This document shows positions 39,391-55,483 of a stretch of DNA of 64,000 nucleotides, piece by piece (position 1 is the first letter of the stretch; each line of letters begins with the position of its first letter). A model generated the notes under the pieces. That model was not told the DNA's origin, made no database searches, and was given only the letters and a program-made list of their open reading frames with translations. Position numbers and translations under genes: made by a program. The DNA comes from the human T2T-CHM13v2.0 reference genome, Homo sapiens. The stretch lies in assembly GCF_009914755.1 (NCBI RefSeq), contig NC_060931.1, one strand, 5' to 3'.

Positions 39391-41055
39391 GTGAGTGGTG
39401 GCTCTGCTGCTTCCCACCTTTTCTGGGGCCCCAGTGACAGAGAGGAGGGGAACTGGGCAGCATTCTTGGCTTGGGAGGCTGCAGTGGGACAGTGTCCAGG
39501 CCAAGGGGTGGGGCCCAGCTGGGCCCTCCTGGGCTTGTCAGAGAGACCCTGCTTCGGGGCTAGTACTGACGTTGTCTTGGAAGCAGAGTAGGGGCACTGT
39601 CCCTTCTCCAGCCTCCATGTGCAGCCCTTTTCCCCAGAGCCCCCATCTGCCTGCAGCCCTGCCTGGGGCCGGCGCTAGAGGCCCACCCTCTGCAGCTCCT
39701 CCTCCCCTTTGTCCCCAGGCGGCGCTGGTGGTGGCTCCCGCATCCCCATCAGCCCCCCGCGCAGTTAGCTCATCAGCCTCTCGGCAGGGGGACGGGGAAG
39801 CGGCTGAGTAGGGAGGTCGGACGGAGGCTGGGCGCTCTAAGCCATGTGAGCCACGTTCCGAAGGCAGCAGCATCTCGCCCGCTACTGTGGAACTGGGGGG
39901 TCCCTGTGGAGTTGTCCTGAAAGGTCGTTTTCCACCTGTGCTGTCCCCCTCAGATAGGCCTCCACCCATCCTAGGTGGGTTGGTGACTCCACCGCCTCTC
40001 CCGTCTGCCCCTTCCACCTGCTTCCAGGGCTCTTCCGTTTGCCCCTTTGTTCTCTTTCTCTCTCTGCTTTTCTTCTTTTGACCCTACTTGTTACTTTCAT
40101 CATTGACCACAGATCTGAAGTTCTGAAGGCTCAAAAGGGCATGGAGCCAGCTCTCCTCTCCTGTCCCTTGCGCTTTCCATGCCCTTGTCCTGAGTGATGG
40201 TGTAATGACAGGAAGACCCAGGGTGCCCCACTGTCACCCCAGCCATGGGTGCTCTCCCAGCTGATTGGCTTCCCAAAGGCCTTCCCTGAGCCCTCCCAGT
40301 AGGAGCCCTGAGGCCCAGCCTCTGAGCTGCCATGGCCTCAGGAGCACGGGCTGAGGGAGGAGCTGGGCGGTGCCAGCACGGGGATCTGCCCCACCTCCCA
40401 ATCCATGCCCAGCCCACCCCTGGGAGAAGTGAGCTTGGAGCGCATGAGAAGGGGAGCCAGGGGCCCTTCCCTTGGGTCACCGGTCCGGTGGCCTGTGCTG
40501 GCCTGCGTGAGGGCCCTCTGTTGAGTCTGGAAGGAGGAAGGCAGGAAGGGAGGGAGCGTGTCTGCCTCTAATGAAGTTTGACATTTAGTGGTGAGCGCCG
40601 GGCGGGGTGTGGGAGACGGAGCTTGATTAGCGCGCTCTAATTGACAGTAATTAGGCAGCTCCCTGATTGTTTCTAATTCTGCTATTAATTGTGAGGAGCG
40701 GGGAGTGTGATTGAGGATAAATTTGGTGCGGAGCTGCTGGGGCTTCAGCTCCCCGTGAGTTCCCTGGGCTGCCTTCCACCCCTCCAGGCTGCAGAGGCAG
40801 CTTCCTCCCTTTGCCTCCATCCTGCTCTGCCTAAGTTTCCTATTCTCTTTCCACATTTTCCTCCTCCAAGGCTGGGGAGCTTTGGGACTGGGAAGCCCAG
40901 GCAGACCTCGCCTAGAGAGAGGTGTCCGTCTGGCTCTCCTGAGTGTGGCCCAGCTACAGTTGGCAGGACTGGTCCTCTCCTCCTCCCAGTGCCCTGCGCC
41001 CCTCCCCTCCTCTGCCTCCCTTCTTCCCACACTTCTCCAACTCTCCCCTCACCAG

Positions 41056-41193
41056 CCAGTGGCCCAGCTGAGGTACTCAGTTCCAGCCCCAAGCTGGATC
41101 CTCCCCCATCTCCCCACTCCAACCGGAAGAAGCACCGGAGGAAAAAGAGCACCGGGACCCCCCGACCAGACGGCCCCAGCAGTGCTACTGAAG
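41056..41193 (+). CDS. AGAP3: AGAP3 exon 13 (ASGPAEVL...NRKKHRRKKSTG...SATE)
   Basis: caccag| ... G|gttagg; 138 nt, phase 1-1; basic NLS-like cluster. Confidence 0.94.
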
Positions 41194-42974
41194 GTTAGGG
41201 GGACCCAGAGGGAAACCGGGCACAGGAGGTGGGCAGTGGGACTTGGGGATAGTACCCTAAAAGTAACACCTATTTTTTATTTTTTGTATTCAGTGGATTA
41301 AGCACTTTCTAGTAGTTGCTAATCAAAGTAGTTCTACAGCTTCTTTTGGTAATCTAGACCTGGTATCTTAGAAAAGTTCTTCTGATAACTGAAACCCTTT
41401 CTGTTGAAATGTGGGCTTACTTCATTTATTCTTAAGGTAAAAGACAGCAGACTGCTACATCAATAGCTCCTCTAAGATGTTCGGGCAGGACCTGTGTTTT
41501 CTGTCTCTTGTGTCATACCGAGTTTAATAAAGTGCTGGGTACTTACTAGGTGCGTAATACATGTGTACAGATTGGCTGAGTCTCTCATTAGTTTTCCTTA
41601 GGCTAAGGAATTCCAGGTCCTGAAGCCTTCTTCCATAGGACCTTTCTCTTCCTCTATTAATTATACTGCTGCTCCTCAGATTTTCCTCAAAGTATCTTCA
41701 AAACCTCCCTCTTCTTGGTGATTGGAGTTTCTTTGCTCCCAAATAAGTTTAACTTCTACAGACTCATAATTTCTCACTTCTGCTCTAATCATCAGGGTAG
41801 ACGTATGGGTCAGGGGAGCAGAGACACCTAGCCAACCTGTGACACAGTGATGCTTAGTACTTACAGCGTGGGGTCTCCCTTCTGGTCCGGCAGACTAAGC
41901 CCCACAAATGATCATGGAGATCACGTAGTTCGAAGGCTGTGGTTGAAAGCAAGGTGAGGCGCAGTGGTGGTGCCTGGGGAAGGAGGCGCCGGTTCTATTT
42001 CTGTGGGAAGGCAGTTCTGCTAACAGTCCCTGAGAGCAAGGGCCCAGCAGAGGAGGAATTCCAGGGGATGTCGGTGTCACTGAGGTGAGGCTGCCTGGGG
42101 CCAAGATGCAGTGAGGACTTACAAGCAGAGATGGCCTTGGCAGAACTGGGGTTCACCCTGGGGCCTTACCACAGGCACCTGTGCTGTCTTTCCAGCCCCC
42201 AGGACACAGTCACACTGCTTGTTAGGAATTGTTCACCCATGGGGCAGTGACCATTGGGAATGAGATTCATGCGGCTGTCTTCTGGGGCCTGGGGGACCAG
42301 AGCTTGGAAGAGCTTCACCACATTGCTTGGGTTCACAGTCCAGCCCTCAGTGCTTGTCAGTACAGATGCCCTCAGGCCCCTATTTGCTCACATACTGCAG
42401 GTCCTGTAGAAAACCTCTCCTCCTCTCCCCCATCCACTTGCCCTTCCTGCCTGTCTATGCCATGGTAGTGGGGGAGGGGCCCAGCTCCCAGGAGCCCCAC
42501 GCTGACGCCGTCAGGAATATTGGGTTTAATGAGCTGCAAAATGAGGCGGCTGCAGCTGACATGTACGGATGGTGCCCACACCCGCCTTCCCCCACCCTCT
42601 CCCAGTGTTTGCCTCCTAGCACCCCGTCACATCCTTCTCCAGATACTCAGCTCTTTCTGTGGGATGCACCCCTCTCTGGTTTCACACCCATTCCCGGCAG
42701 TGCCAGGGGTGCCAAGATCTTGCATCCCCCATCTGTTTTCACTTAAGCTCCACAGGTGGTTAGGAATGAGAACTGGGAGCTCACACTAGTCTTGCAGGTT
42801 TACTCTGGCCTCCCCCTGCAAGCTGTCCTGGAGTGTGTGGCCTTGCAGCTGGGGAAGGGTCTAGGGGAGGACACTTGCCAGTGGAGCAGGGTAGTGAGTG
42901 GAGTTGTGGCGATAGCATGCCCTGGGTGTGCACGCAGGCCAGGAGCCCTGATGGCATAAACACCCCCCCAACAG

Positions 42975-43129
42975 AGGCAGAGGAGTCGTTTGAATTTGTG
43001 GTGGTGTCCCTCACTGGGCAGACGTGGCACTTCGAGGCTTCAACGGCGGAGGAGCGGGAGCTGTGGGTTCAGAGTGTGCAGGCCCAGATCCTTGCCAGCC
43101 TGCAAGGCTGCCGCAGTGCCAAGGACAAG
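42975..43129 (+). CDS. AGAP3: AGAP3 exon 14, PH C-terminal half ([22 protein letters not shown]...AKDK)
   Basis: caacag| ... AAG|gtgggt. Confidence 0.96.
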
Positions 43130-43239
43130 GTGGGTACAGAGTGACTGGGCCCACACAGAGCACCTGGCTGGGGTGGGACTGAAAGGGGCCTCATGACTGA
43201 CCAACCGCCCCTTGTCTTGTCTCTCCTGCTGTGCGACAG

Positions 43240-43330
43240 ACTCGACTGGGGAACCAGAACGCAGCTCTGGCTGTGCAGGCCGTCCGCACCGTCCGCGGCA
43301 ACAGCTTTTGTATCGACTGCGATGCACCCA
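43240..43330 (+). CDS. AGAP3: AGAP3 exon 15, ArfGAP start (TRLGNQ...CIDCDAP)
   Basis: cgacag| ... A|gtgagt; first CxxC of the zinc finger. Confidence 0.96.
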
Positions 43331-43334
43331 GTGA

Positions 43335-43712
<378 letters not shown>

Positions 43713-44400
43713 TGAGCAGATGGTGCCCTGGAGCTGGCCAGGAATGGGGGAAGCGTTGGGGGCTCCCAGCATGGGGAAGATTGGAGTGGCTGTGATGGTA
43801 TTAGAAGGGTTAAAACTGTCTGTTGCTCTGCTTGGCAGTTGGCCCCTTGGGGGTGCCCCTCCTGCTCTGGTGCCTGTCACTCAGGCGCCTCACAACAACG
43901 GGCCCTTTCTGAGCGTTATCAGCAGGTCAGGGGCCAGCAGGAGGCGCATGCGCAGGGCCCCTATCACGGTGTGGTGCAGAGCGCCCACTCCGGAGCTCTG
44001 AGATGGGGAGAATGGGTGAGAGATAGGGGAGTGTGTGGCCCCCCAGTGCAGGCCCCCACCCGCTTTGTTCCAGCACTGCCAATCCAAGAGAGTTCAGACG
44101 GCCAGATAAGCTGCAACACGGGCCTGCCTGGAATCTTCCTGCCCTCTCAGCCCCCGCATCCCCACTGTCCCCAGGGGGCCTCCCTTCAGTGTCCCTTCCT
44201 TTCAGCTTCTCCCACCCCCCTTTCCATTACCCACTGCCCCTCTGTGTGCCTGGAGTTTCCAAGGCTTCTCTCCTTCCTTTTTGCTCCATCTCATCTTCTC
44301 TCACTGTTTCTTCCTTGTTCCCCCGGGTGCTCGCTTCCTTTCCTGCCCACCTTCCTGGCCCCACCCGTTGCTCGGTGACCTTCCTTGGCTCATGCCCTGA

Positions 44401-45020
<620 letters not shown>

Positions 45021-45489
45021 GGCCCAGGAAGAGGGCAGAGGGGCCAGAAGGACTCCATGGCCCAAAGACCCTCCTCCCTGCAGGCACTGTGGGAACAGAC
45101 ACAGAGATGGAGAAGCAGGGACATGCTGAGAGGACGAAGCCAAGGAAATTAGGGAGGAGAGTCAAAGGGATCAAGGAGAGTTGGGGATTTGAGCTGCAGC
45201 AGAGAGGGATGAGGGATTTAGCCCTCTGCCCTAAGGTGCCATTGAAAAGGGACAGGACCCTTCGGAGGTGCCTGTGAGGAGAGGGGAGCAGGACCTCTCC
45301 CTCCTCCAGATCCCTGCCTCCTAGTGCCAGCCCCTCACACGCCTTCATCCTGAAACAGGAAGAGGACGGCACCAAGTTGGGGGTGCTGGATGAAAGAGAC
45401 GAGGGGTGATCTGTGAGTCCCATGTAAACTTTGTACATTGGAATATTTATGTTTGTGTACATATTTGATGTGTGTGTGTATGATGAGCC

Positions 45490-45495
45490 AATAAA
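45490..45495 (+). terminator. AGAP3: AGAP3 polyA signal AATAAA
   Basis: AATAAA with upstream TGTA elements and downstream GT/T-rich tract. Confidence 0.9.
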
Positions 45496-45737
45496 CCAGA
45501 CTGTGTGCGTGGCCTTGTTTCCCCCTTTTACATCGCTGCCCTCCCAAGCGTGTCCCTCAGCTCTGCTCTCTCCTTATCCCTTTCTTCTCATTGTTTGCCA
45601 TGTTCTAAGATTTTCTTCCCTCTGTTCGCCTGGGTCCCAGGTGGTCATTCCTCATCCTTCTATGCGCATTGCTTTCTTTCGGCCTTCCCTTGGCAGGGTG
45701 TGGTTGAGTTTTCAGCAGCACAGCACAGGGCCCCTGA

Positions 45738-46253
<516 letters not shown>

Positions 46254-46688
46254 TAGGATGTACAGGGAGATACTTGAGTCAGTACCCTGGAGAAGAACTG
46301 AGGGTGCCGCAGGTAAGTGGCAGCACTTCTCTCCAGATAGCTGTATTACAGCATAGACTGACTTGTGCCTGGGCTTTGCTTGTGAGGAAAGGGGAGGAGG
46401 TAGGTGGTTGACACAAGAATGGCTGCCTTAACTCCCACCATCTTGCCAAGCCAAGCTGGGGGGCAGAATCCAGAGTTCCTGCTTTTCCTTCTGACTGAAT
46501 CCCTTAGTCCAGAAGGAAGACCTGGGGGAAATGCTTCTCCCTGCTGGTTCTGAAAGGATGAGAACTTGCTAAGTTAGTTAGAGTCCTGGCTCTCTGAGGA
46601 GTCTCTTGCTGTCCCATTCCTGGACCCACATTGCTGGTAGCCCTTGTCTTCTCTTTTTTTTTAAAATAAAAAAAAAAAAACTCCCACA

Positions 46689-47231
<543 letters not shown>

Positions 47232-47514
47232 TCACCTCCAGATTCCCTGTGGAAAACAAGCTGCTTCGGCTGGTTGAATACTGCTTTGAACAGGTTAGGA
47301 GGCTTCATAGGTAGAGCCAGAAAAACCCCTGCAGGTTGGGGCCTTGGTTTGAGCTGCTTCTCATCTGTGGCCTTCCTGCCCAGGTGTTCTCTTGCCTGCC
47401 ACCACAGGGGACACATGGCCACAGAAACTCTGCTCCAGCCGTGCCAGAATGACAACGGCTCCTGTGATCCTCAACCTCTGCCTGGCTTATCTCCTAAAAA
47501 GAAAGATCTAACCG

Positions 47515-47917
<403 letters not shown>

Positions 47918-48763
47918 CTACATATTTTTAGCCTAATTCTCAAGCCCTGCTGAAATTAGCCAAAAAATAGAGAAGATCTGCCCTAGCTCTGTGTGTCCTA
48001 GCTGGAGAACTGTGGTACCATTGTTAATGACCAGTCACGGCTCCAGATTGCTTTGTTTGGTTGCCCAAACCAGCTGGGAGAAATGAGCTGCCAAGGAGAG
48101 CTGTCTTGGTCTCGCCATAAGAAGTGTCCAGCACATGTCAGGGTGATGAGACGTTGATAAGTCTTCCATTCCAGGAATCAGGAATAGCCAGAAGCTTTCC
48201 CTCTAAGGAAAGTAAGGAGGCCAGGTATTTGAGCTGTACTTCCCTCCCCTTCCTGACATTAATACCTTCATTTCCTGAATTTCTTTGCCTCATTCACAGC
48301 CCATTTTTCTTCTCGATGGCTCTGCTCTCTACTGTATCTCCCCTCCCAAATCAACACAGGTCATATTTCTTCCCAGGAAGCCCAGTTACCATGATACCAA
48401 CTTCCACTGGTTTCTGTGCCCTTTGCCTGCTGTCTGCAGATGGATCTGTGAGCACTGCTCCCTGTGTTCACTTTGTCCACTAATGCTGTTCCAATCCCCA
48501 AGCCTCTGCTATGTCTATCACACAAATTCATTCCTGTCCCATCCACTTAGCCATGGCCCCCCTCAACCAATCTTATTCTGTAACAGAAGAGGTAGGGGTA
48601 TCCCAAGCTTCAAAAATGGTGCAAAGAGGAGAAGAAGAGATGATAGTTAATGCTGTAAGAACAGAAAACTGGAAGTGGGTCTTTCCCTCTAGGCCCTTGC
48701 ATCTGGAATATCAAAGGGTGGCAGAGACAGACTAAGCTGCCGTGTCTTCTGCATAGAAAACAA

Positions 48764-48769
48764 TTTATT
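48764..48769 (-). terminator. GBX1: Probable GBX1 polyA signal (AATAAA on - strand)
   Basis: TTTATT on + strand ~900 nt past the GBX1 stop. Confidence 0.65.
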
Positions 48770-49670
48770 CATGAGCTCACGGGTGATATGAGTGCCCCAG
48801 TCATTAGTGACCTCCCCCTAAGTTAGATGGCTTGGACATACCCCACCTAAATGCAACAGGAAGTGAAGTGAATCTCTCCCAAAGTTTTCCAGCTCATCCA
48901 AGGAGGAGAAAACAGAGCTGGAGAAGCTTGCCTGTTTAATGGGAAGCAGGAAGAGATGGCACGTTAGGAGCCCGAGGTATAGAAACAAGAGCAAGCGGTG
49001 AGCAGCCCTAGTGGAAAAGCATGGGGGTAGAGGTAGTTAACGTGGGGTGGGGGAGATAGGGGAGTGCTGAAGAATTTCTACAGAGGCCAGTGACGGTTGC
49101 ATTTCATTTCTTTGTAAAGAGAGGCAAGATGGGGCCTACCCCAAAGCAGTAGGACAGACGAACTCTGGCTGAGGATTGAGGAAACAACTTTCCCAATCCC
49201 TCTCAGGGGTGCAGACAGACGTACAGAGACAGATAGCTCCATATATACACATTTACACAAATAAATAAGGAGCTGCGATCTACTTGGCTAGGTATCGCCT
49301 GTTCCCTCCACCCATCAGAAGCTGTTCCAGGGCATTTGCCACAGAACCTTCAGGCCTTAGGCATCTTAGAACCCACCCCCTCCCCAGGAGTCCACCTCAG
49401 TCCCAACAGCTCCTCAGCAATAGAACCCCAGCCCCTTTAACCTTGAAGCCCCTAGTCCTGAAGTTCTCTGGAACAGGCTCAGGGCCAAGTGCTCACATCT
49501 CAGGTTCTGGGAGGAGTCTGGGAAGAGCACACCCAGGGCTAGGTTAATTGCCAACTAGCCCCTCTCAAGGCAGAATCACAGTTGCAGCCCCTCTGGTCCA
49601 CAGAACCCTGACAGTCTCAGAGCAGGCTCAGGTACAGATCCCTCGCCTTCCTAAGTTCTTGGGTGCCCAT

Positions 49671-50224
49671 TCAGGGCCGGGCCCCCTGCTCCATTTGTTG
49701 GTGCTGGCTCCGCACAGCAAACCTGTTGACATGCACAGGTATGGGGACAACAATCTTGGGGTTTCTTACGGGCTCCCCAGAACGGCTGCTCACATTGCCA
49801 GCTTTGATGCGCTTCCACTTGGCCCGTCGATTCTGAAACCAGATCTTGACCTGCACCTCACTGAGCTTGAGGGCGTGGGCGATCTGAGAGCGCTCTGTCA
49901 AGCTCAGGTATTTCTTGCAATGAAATTCCTTCTCCAATTCCAAAAGCTGCTCGCTGGTAAATGCTGTGCGGCGCCGTCGGCTTTTCCCCCCAGGAGCTGT
50001 GACCCCTGCTGTCACCGGTGCCCCCTCCTCAGCTCCAGTCCCCAGGCTTCCCTTTAGCTTCGGTTTAGGTCCCAGAAGAGCCCCTGGGCCCCCTGCAGAA
50101 CTGTCCAGGAAACCGTCATCCTCGCTGTCACCGCCTGAGCCCTCTTCCTCCTGTTCGCTGCCTGCTGGGTCTCCTGCTGATGCCTCCAGCTTCTCCTCAT
50201 CTGAGCTGTACACCTTCCCCTCTG
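49671..50224 (-). CDS. GBX1: GBX1 exon 2 coding part; homeodomain at 49982-49803
   Basis: [60 protein letters not shown] plus Gbx-specific [13 protein letters not shown]; acceptor ctcctcacag|; exon 1 lies beyond the window. Confidence 0.97.
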
Positions 50225-51824
50225 CTGTGAGGAGCAAGAAGCCAATGGATGGGGAGGGAGAAGCAAGAAAAAGAGAGTTTGGAGGAGGCCCATGGAACCA
50301 TGGCCAGAAATGGGGGGTTGGGAGACAAGAGCAGGAAAAAAGAGAGCCATGGAGAGGAGAAGATGGGGAGGGACAGGAGGCAGAAGGATGGTATGTCCAG
50401 GATATGGAATGGGAAGAGGTTTAGGGAAAACAAAGAAATGGGAAGAAAGGTATTAACCAGCACAGATTTCACTACGGAAAAGTGTGGGAGGCAATAAGTG
50501 TGTGGACAATGACCCCTCAACTTCCCCACCACCCCCATCTCATTCGCACCCACCACCTCCCCAGCTTTCTCGGAACCTAGAGACCAAGGGCCCAGCATCG
50601 CAGTGATATACCACCCCTCCAGAGCCAGGCCTCGCAGCCTCAGGTGCCAGAATGAAGCAGTATGGGACCCGGCTTGGGATCCTTCTGGAGCCACTGGGGG
50701 GAGGAGTGAAGCAATGCAGAAGAACTGACCTTGGCAGGACAGACGGGGAGAGAAGGGCTCAGCCTTTGCACTTCTCCTAGGAGTCCTCATCTGGCCCAGC
50801 TGACGAGAGCTGTCTCATGGCCTCTGTTCTGTCTCCTCCTCTCCCTCTTCCCTAGATCTGCAGTCCCTGAACCTCATTTCCATGGCTCCCAGCCATGCAG
50901 CACCTTGAGTGTGGCCAGATTTTTTCTCCCAGTTACTTAGGCCTCCTGATCCCCTTTCAATCCTTACCCTTGACCTTAAAATGAAACCATCTCTTTCCCA
51001 CCTTCCCCTTTCCCCAGCCAAGGATGCCTGAGCAGCACAAACAGCTGTTTTCTGCTCAAGTTCAGAATCCTGAGGCCCCTAAGCTTGATGTCAGCTGGGA
51101 GGACTGGAAGGAATATGGGAGGAGGAGGAGGAAGAGGGAAAAGTGCAACAGGGACAAATGAAGAGAAGGAAAGGGTAAAAAAGAAATTTTGATTCAGTAG
51201 AATACTGATTATTTGTAATCACAAGCATATAAACATTTTAATCCACACAATTCTAAAACTTAATTCAACCATTGGTTTTAATCTTTGTATCCAATGATGT
51301 TTATATCAGAACTGCAAATAATGCATTACACATGTTTTCAGTGAGTTTTACAAACTCCGTTTTCTACTCAAAGGACCAAAAAGCAGTGAAACAAGTCAAA
51401 AGACAATCAATAGGCAGGAGAACAAGAGAAAATGGATAATCTGTAAGCTGAATAGTCAGCTCCTTTCCAGAAGTGTCCACTGTGCAAAGGCAGGAGGCCT
51501 GCATACCTATATGTAGGAATGCATCTCCCTGTATCGGCCACATATCAGATATGCCTGAGATAAGCAGACTCAGAGGTTGAGAATACAACTCCAAGTAAAC
51601 TAAATTCAGGGCACGGGGAAAGGCTTTATTAGAGAAAGAGGGTGTGTGTGTTCACAGATAGAACATCTCCTGGCAGTCAGAGCTTCCTGGTGTTCTCCTT
51701 CAGCACACCCCGCCCCACCCCCTGCCAAGTTCCCTTCCCCCTCGCAGGTGCAGTCTACACCTGGTCTTTTTCCTCAACAGCCACATTGACATTTTCTTTT
51801 CCTATCTTTCCTATCTTTCTTTCT

Positions 51825-52110
51825 TTTGAGACAGAGTGAGACTCTCACTCTGTCAGCAAGGCTGGAGTATAGTGCACAGTCTTGGCCCACTGCAGCCTTG
51901 ACCTTCCAGGCTCAAGGGATCCTCCACCCTCAGCCTCCCAAGTAGCTGTGACCACAGGCACACACCATGCCTGGTTAATTCTGTTTATTTTTTTGTAGAG
52001 ACAGGATCTCACTATGTTGCCCAGGCTGGCCTTGAGCTTCTGGGTTCATACAATCCTCTAGCCCTGGCCTCCCAAAGTGCCAGGATTACAGGTGTGAGCC
52101 ACTGCGCCCA
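51825..52110 (-). mobile_element. AluJ-like SINE
   Basis: Reverse Alu dimer. Confidence 0.85.
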
Positions 52111-52459
52111 GCTGACATTTTCCTTAGTGGCCAGAACTCTCAACCTTTTTCCACATCACCCATCTACATCCCAATCAACTTCATACCTCGAAGGTGTTTT
52201 CATCCCTCTCCTTTTCTTTCTGGAGTGCTTCCTGTTTCTTCTAACCTTCTCAAAGTCCATGCGGCATGCCCCAGTTTGGGCTCCCCCAGTCTTCCCATGC
52301 CACTCCTGTACATTGCTTTTCACCAGCCAATGGCTTTTGTTCTTCTTTACTAGTTTGCTCAGGCTTCACTGGCGCCCAGCATCAAGACCCATCTGGGTAA
52401 GTACTGTATCCTGTCTGTAGCTAATTCGCCCCTCATAATGTCTCCCATCAGCCTGTTCT

Positions 52460-53265
52460 TTCCCCTCTATCTCACCCCTAGCCAAATCTATGTTGTTTTC
52501 TCTAAGATTCACATCCTTGGTTTCCTCCTTCATTTCATTAAGGTCTCTTCTCCCATTATTTTCCACTTCCACAGAACTCAAACTTAACATGCCCCAAATT
52601 GAACTCCAATCAGATCATTCCCCCAAACCAGCTCTTTCTCATCTTTATCCACATCATCCCCATCTCAGTTAATGGCAACTGCATCCTCTGTGTGTTCAAA
52701 CCTAACCTCGATGCCATCTTTTTACTCCTCTCTCTCACAACCCACATCCAGTCCATCTACAAGCCCTGCTAGTGCTGCTGCCTTTAAAATACCCCCAGAG
52801 CCCAATCCTTTCTCCCTATCTCCCGCTTCCAACTAGTCCACATCACAATTATCTCTGACCTGGTTCACTGTCATCTTCTAACTGGTTTCCCAGCTTCTGT
52901 CCTCCACACTCCACCTGGCCCATGATTCCTCTTTCTGTCTGGAATACACTACTCTTCACCTAGATCTTGCACTAGCTTATTCCCTACCTCTTTCAGGTCT
53001 TTATCAGTGACACCTCCCCTGGTCATCCTTTTAAAATTTAAACCCTCTGATACTCTCTATGTCCTTTCTCCGATTTATTTGTTACTTTGGTCCATTTTAC
53101 CAATTTTATTCATTTATTTTACTGGCTGTCTCTTCCTAATAGACTATAGCTTCGTGAAGGTAGGTATTCTGAATATTTCTCATTCACTGCAATATCTTCA
53201 GTGTCTTGAAAATGACCTGACACTCAATACAGAGTAGACACTCAATAAGCATCTGTTGACTAAAT
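52460..53265 (+). mobile_element. L2 LINE 3' region
   Basis: ctcaaacttaacatgccccaaattgaactc..catctcagttaatggcaactgcatc..gacactcaataagcatctgttgactaaata, typical L2 3' end. Confidence 0.75.
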
Positions 53266-54631
53266 AAAAGAAACGATTTCCAAATGCTCATGCATGTGCT
53301 CCCCGTCTTTCTTTCCCTCCCTGTCCTTTCCTTTCCTAAGCCTCTCCGACGATATTCCCCACAACCCCACCCCGCCCAGCTCCAGTGCATAAGACATCTC
53401 CCTATGAATGTTATCCTTCCCACTTTTCAGAATGCCCTCAGATCTCACATTAGCTGGAGAGGAATTCATATGCAGTAGGAATCTATAGGATCTTAAAAAT
53501 CTATAGGATGCTTAAAGAAATTAAGGACAATCCTAATACCATTAGTAAATCCTCTATTTTAATTTTTTAAAACATAGTTTGTAGTAAATAATAACAAAAA
53601 GAATAACAAAGGCTTGTACAAACTCAGCCCAATATTACAATATGTTAAACAGTGCTAAAAAGGCAGAAACTAGACTTCGAGGCTTGAAGGATAAAATCAG
53701 TTAGTACAACTCCAAGCACCCAGGGGGTGTCCAATAAATCTAAATTGATGATGATTGAGATGAGGCTCCCAGGTTCCCGATCTGGCAGGGCCCTCCTGAG
53801 ATCGTATCATCCATCCCTCTGTCTTCAGACAGATCCATAAAATGAAGCCCACATGAGCCGGCCACCCTCAGTGCTGCTTTTAAAGCCATACAAGGAGCAC
53901 AGGTTCACAACCTCTCTTGGTTACTTGATCCCAGTGGGATGCTGAGCGGCAGGGGCAAGAGTTTCTCTCTGAGCCTTTATAATCATGACATTGAAGACTC
54001 TGATAAGCAACTCTTGAAATGAAATGGGGTGGGACAATAGAAGAAAGCAACGAGAGGAGAAAATACAGCCACATGCCTCAGAGGAGAGTCTGGGACAATG
54101 AGGAAGACCGACAAGGAGTGGGAGAGAGAAGGAAAGGCCAAGGCAGGTGGAAAGAAGACTGGGGAAGGAAAGAAGTGGGGTAGAGAAATAGCAGAAAAAT
54201 TAAATGATGAGTCAGATAAAATAAAAGGGCTGAAAAGTCTAGAGAAGGGAGAGAGAAAATATGGGAAAAATCAGGGGAAAGAAAGCAAAAGGTACTTTTT
54301 AAGAAATGCCTCATCTACCTTTCCCCCCAGAATACTGATACATTTGAAGCAAAGCAAAACATTTTGGCCCTGCCATTTGCTCTCTGCTGCCCCAAGAGAA
54401 GGAGCACTGTAGACTGCAGTAGCCAAAGACACAGGCAGAGAAAGAGAATGAGCAAAACAGTAGTGCGATCCTTTACAATGTGGAAATTTCAAAACAGCTA
54501 ACTATTTTCTCTGGAATTAGCTAAGAAATAAAAATATTTCCTTTTATCCAATTTATAATGAATATTAATAGTAAAAAATAAAAATTGCACATAAAAATTT
54601 GCTATTGACTAAAAATTGAAAGAAGCAAATC

Positions 54632-55483
<852 letters not shown>

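Noticed and set aside
50225-50237. MLLT N-terminus of the GBX1 ORF in the track
   Set aside because: Intronic polypyrimidine tract; the real start is in exon 1 outside the window.
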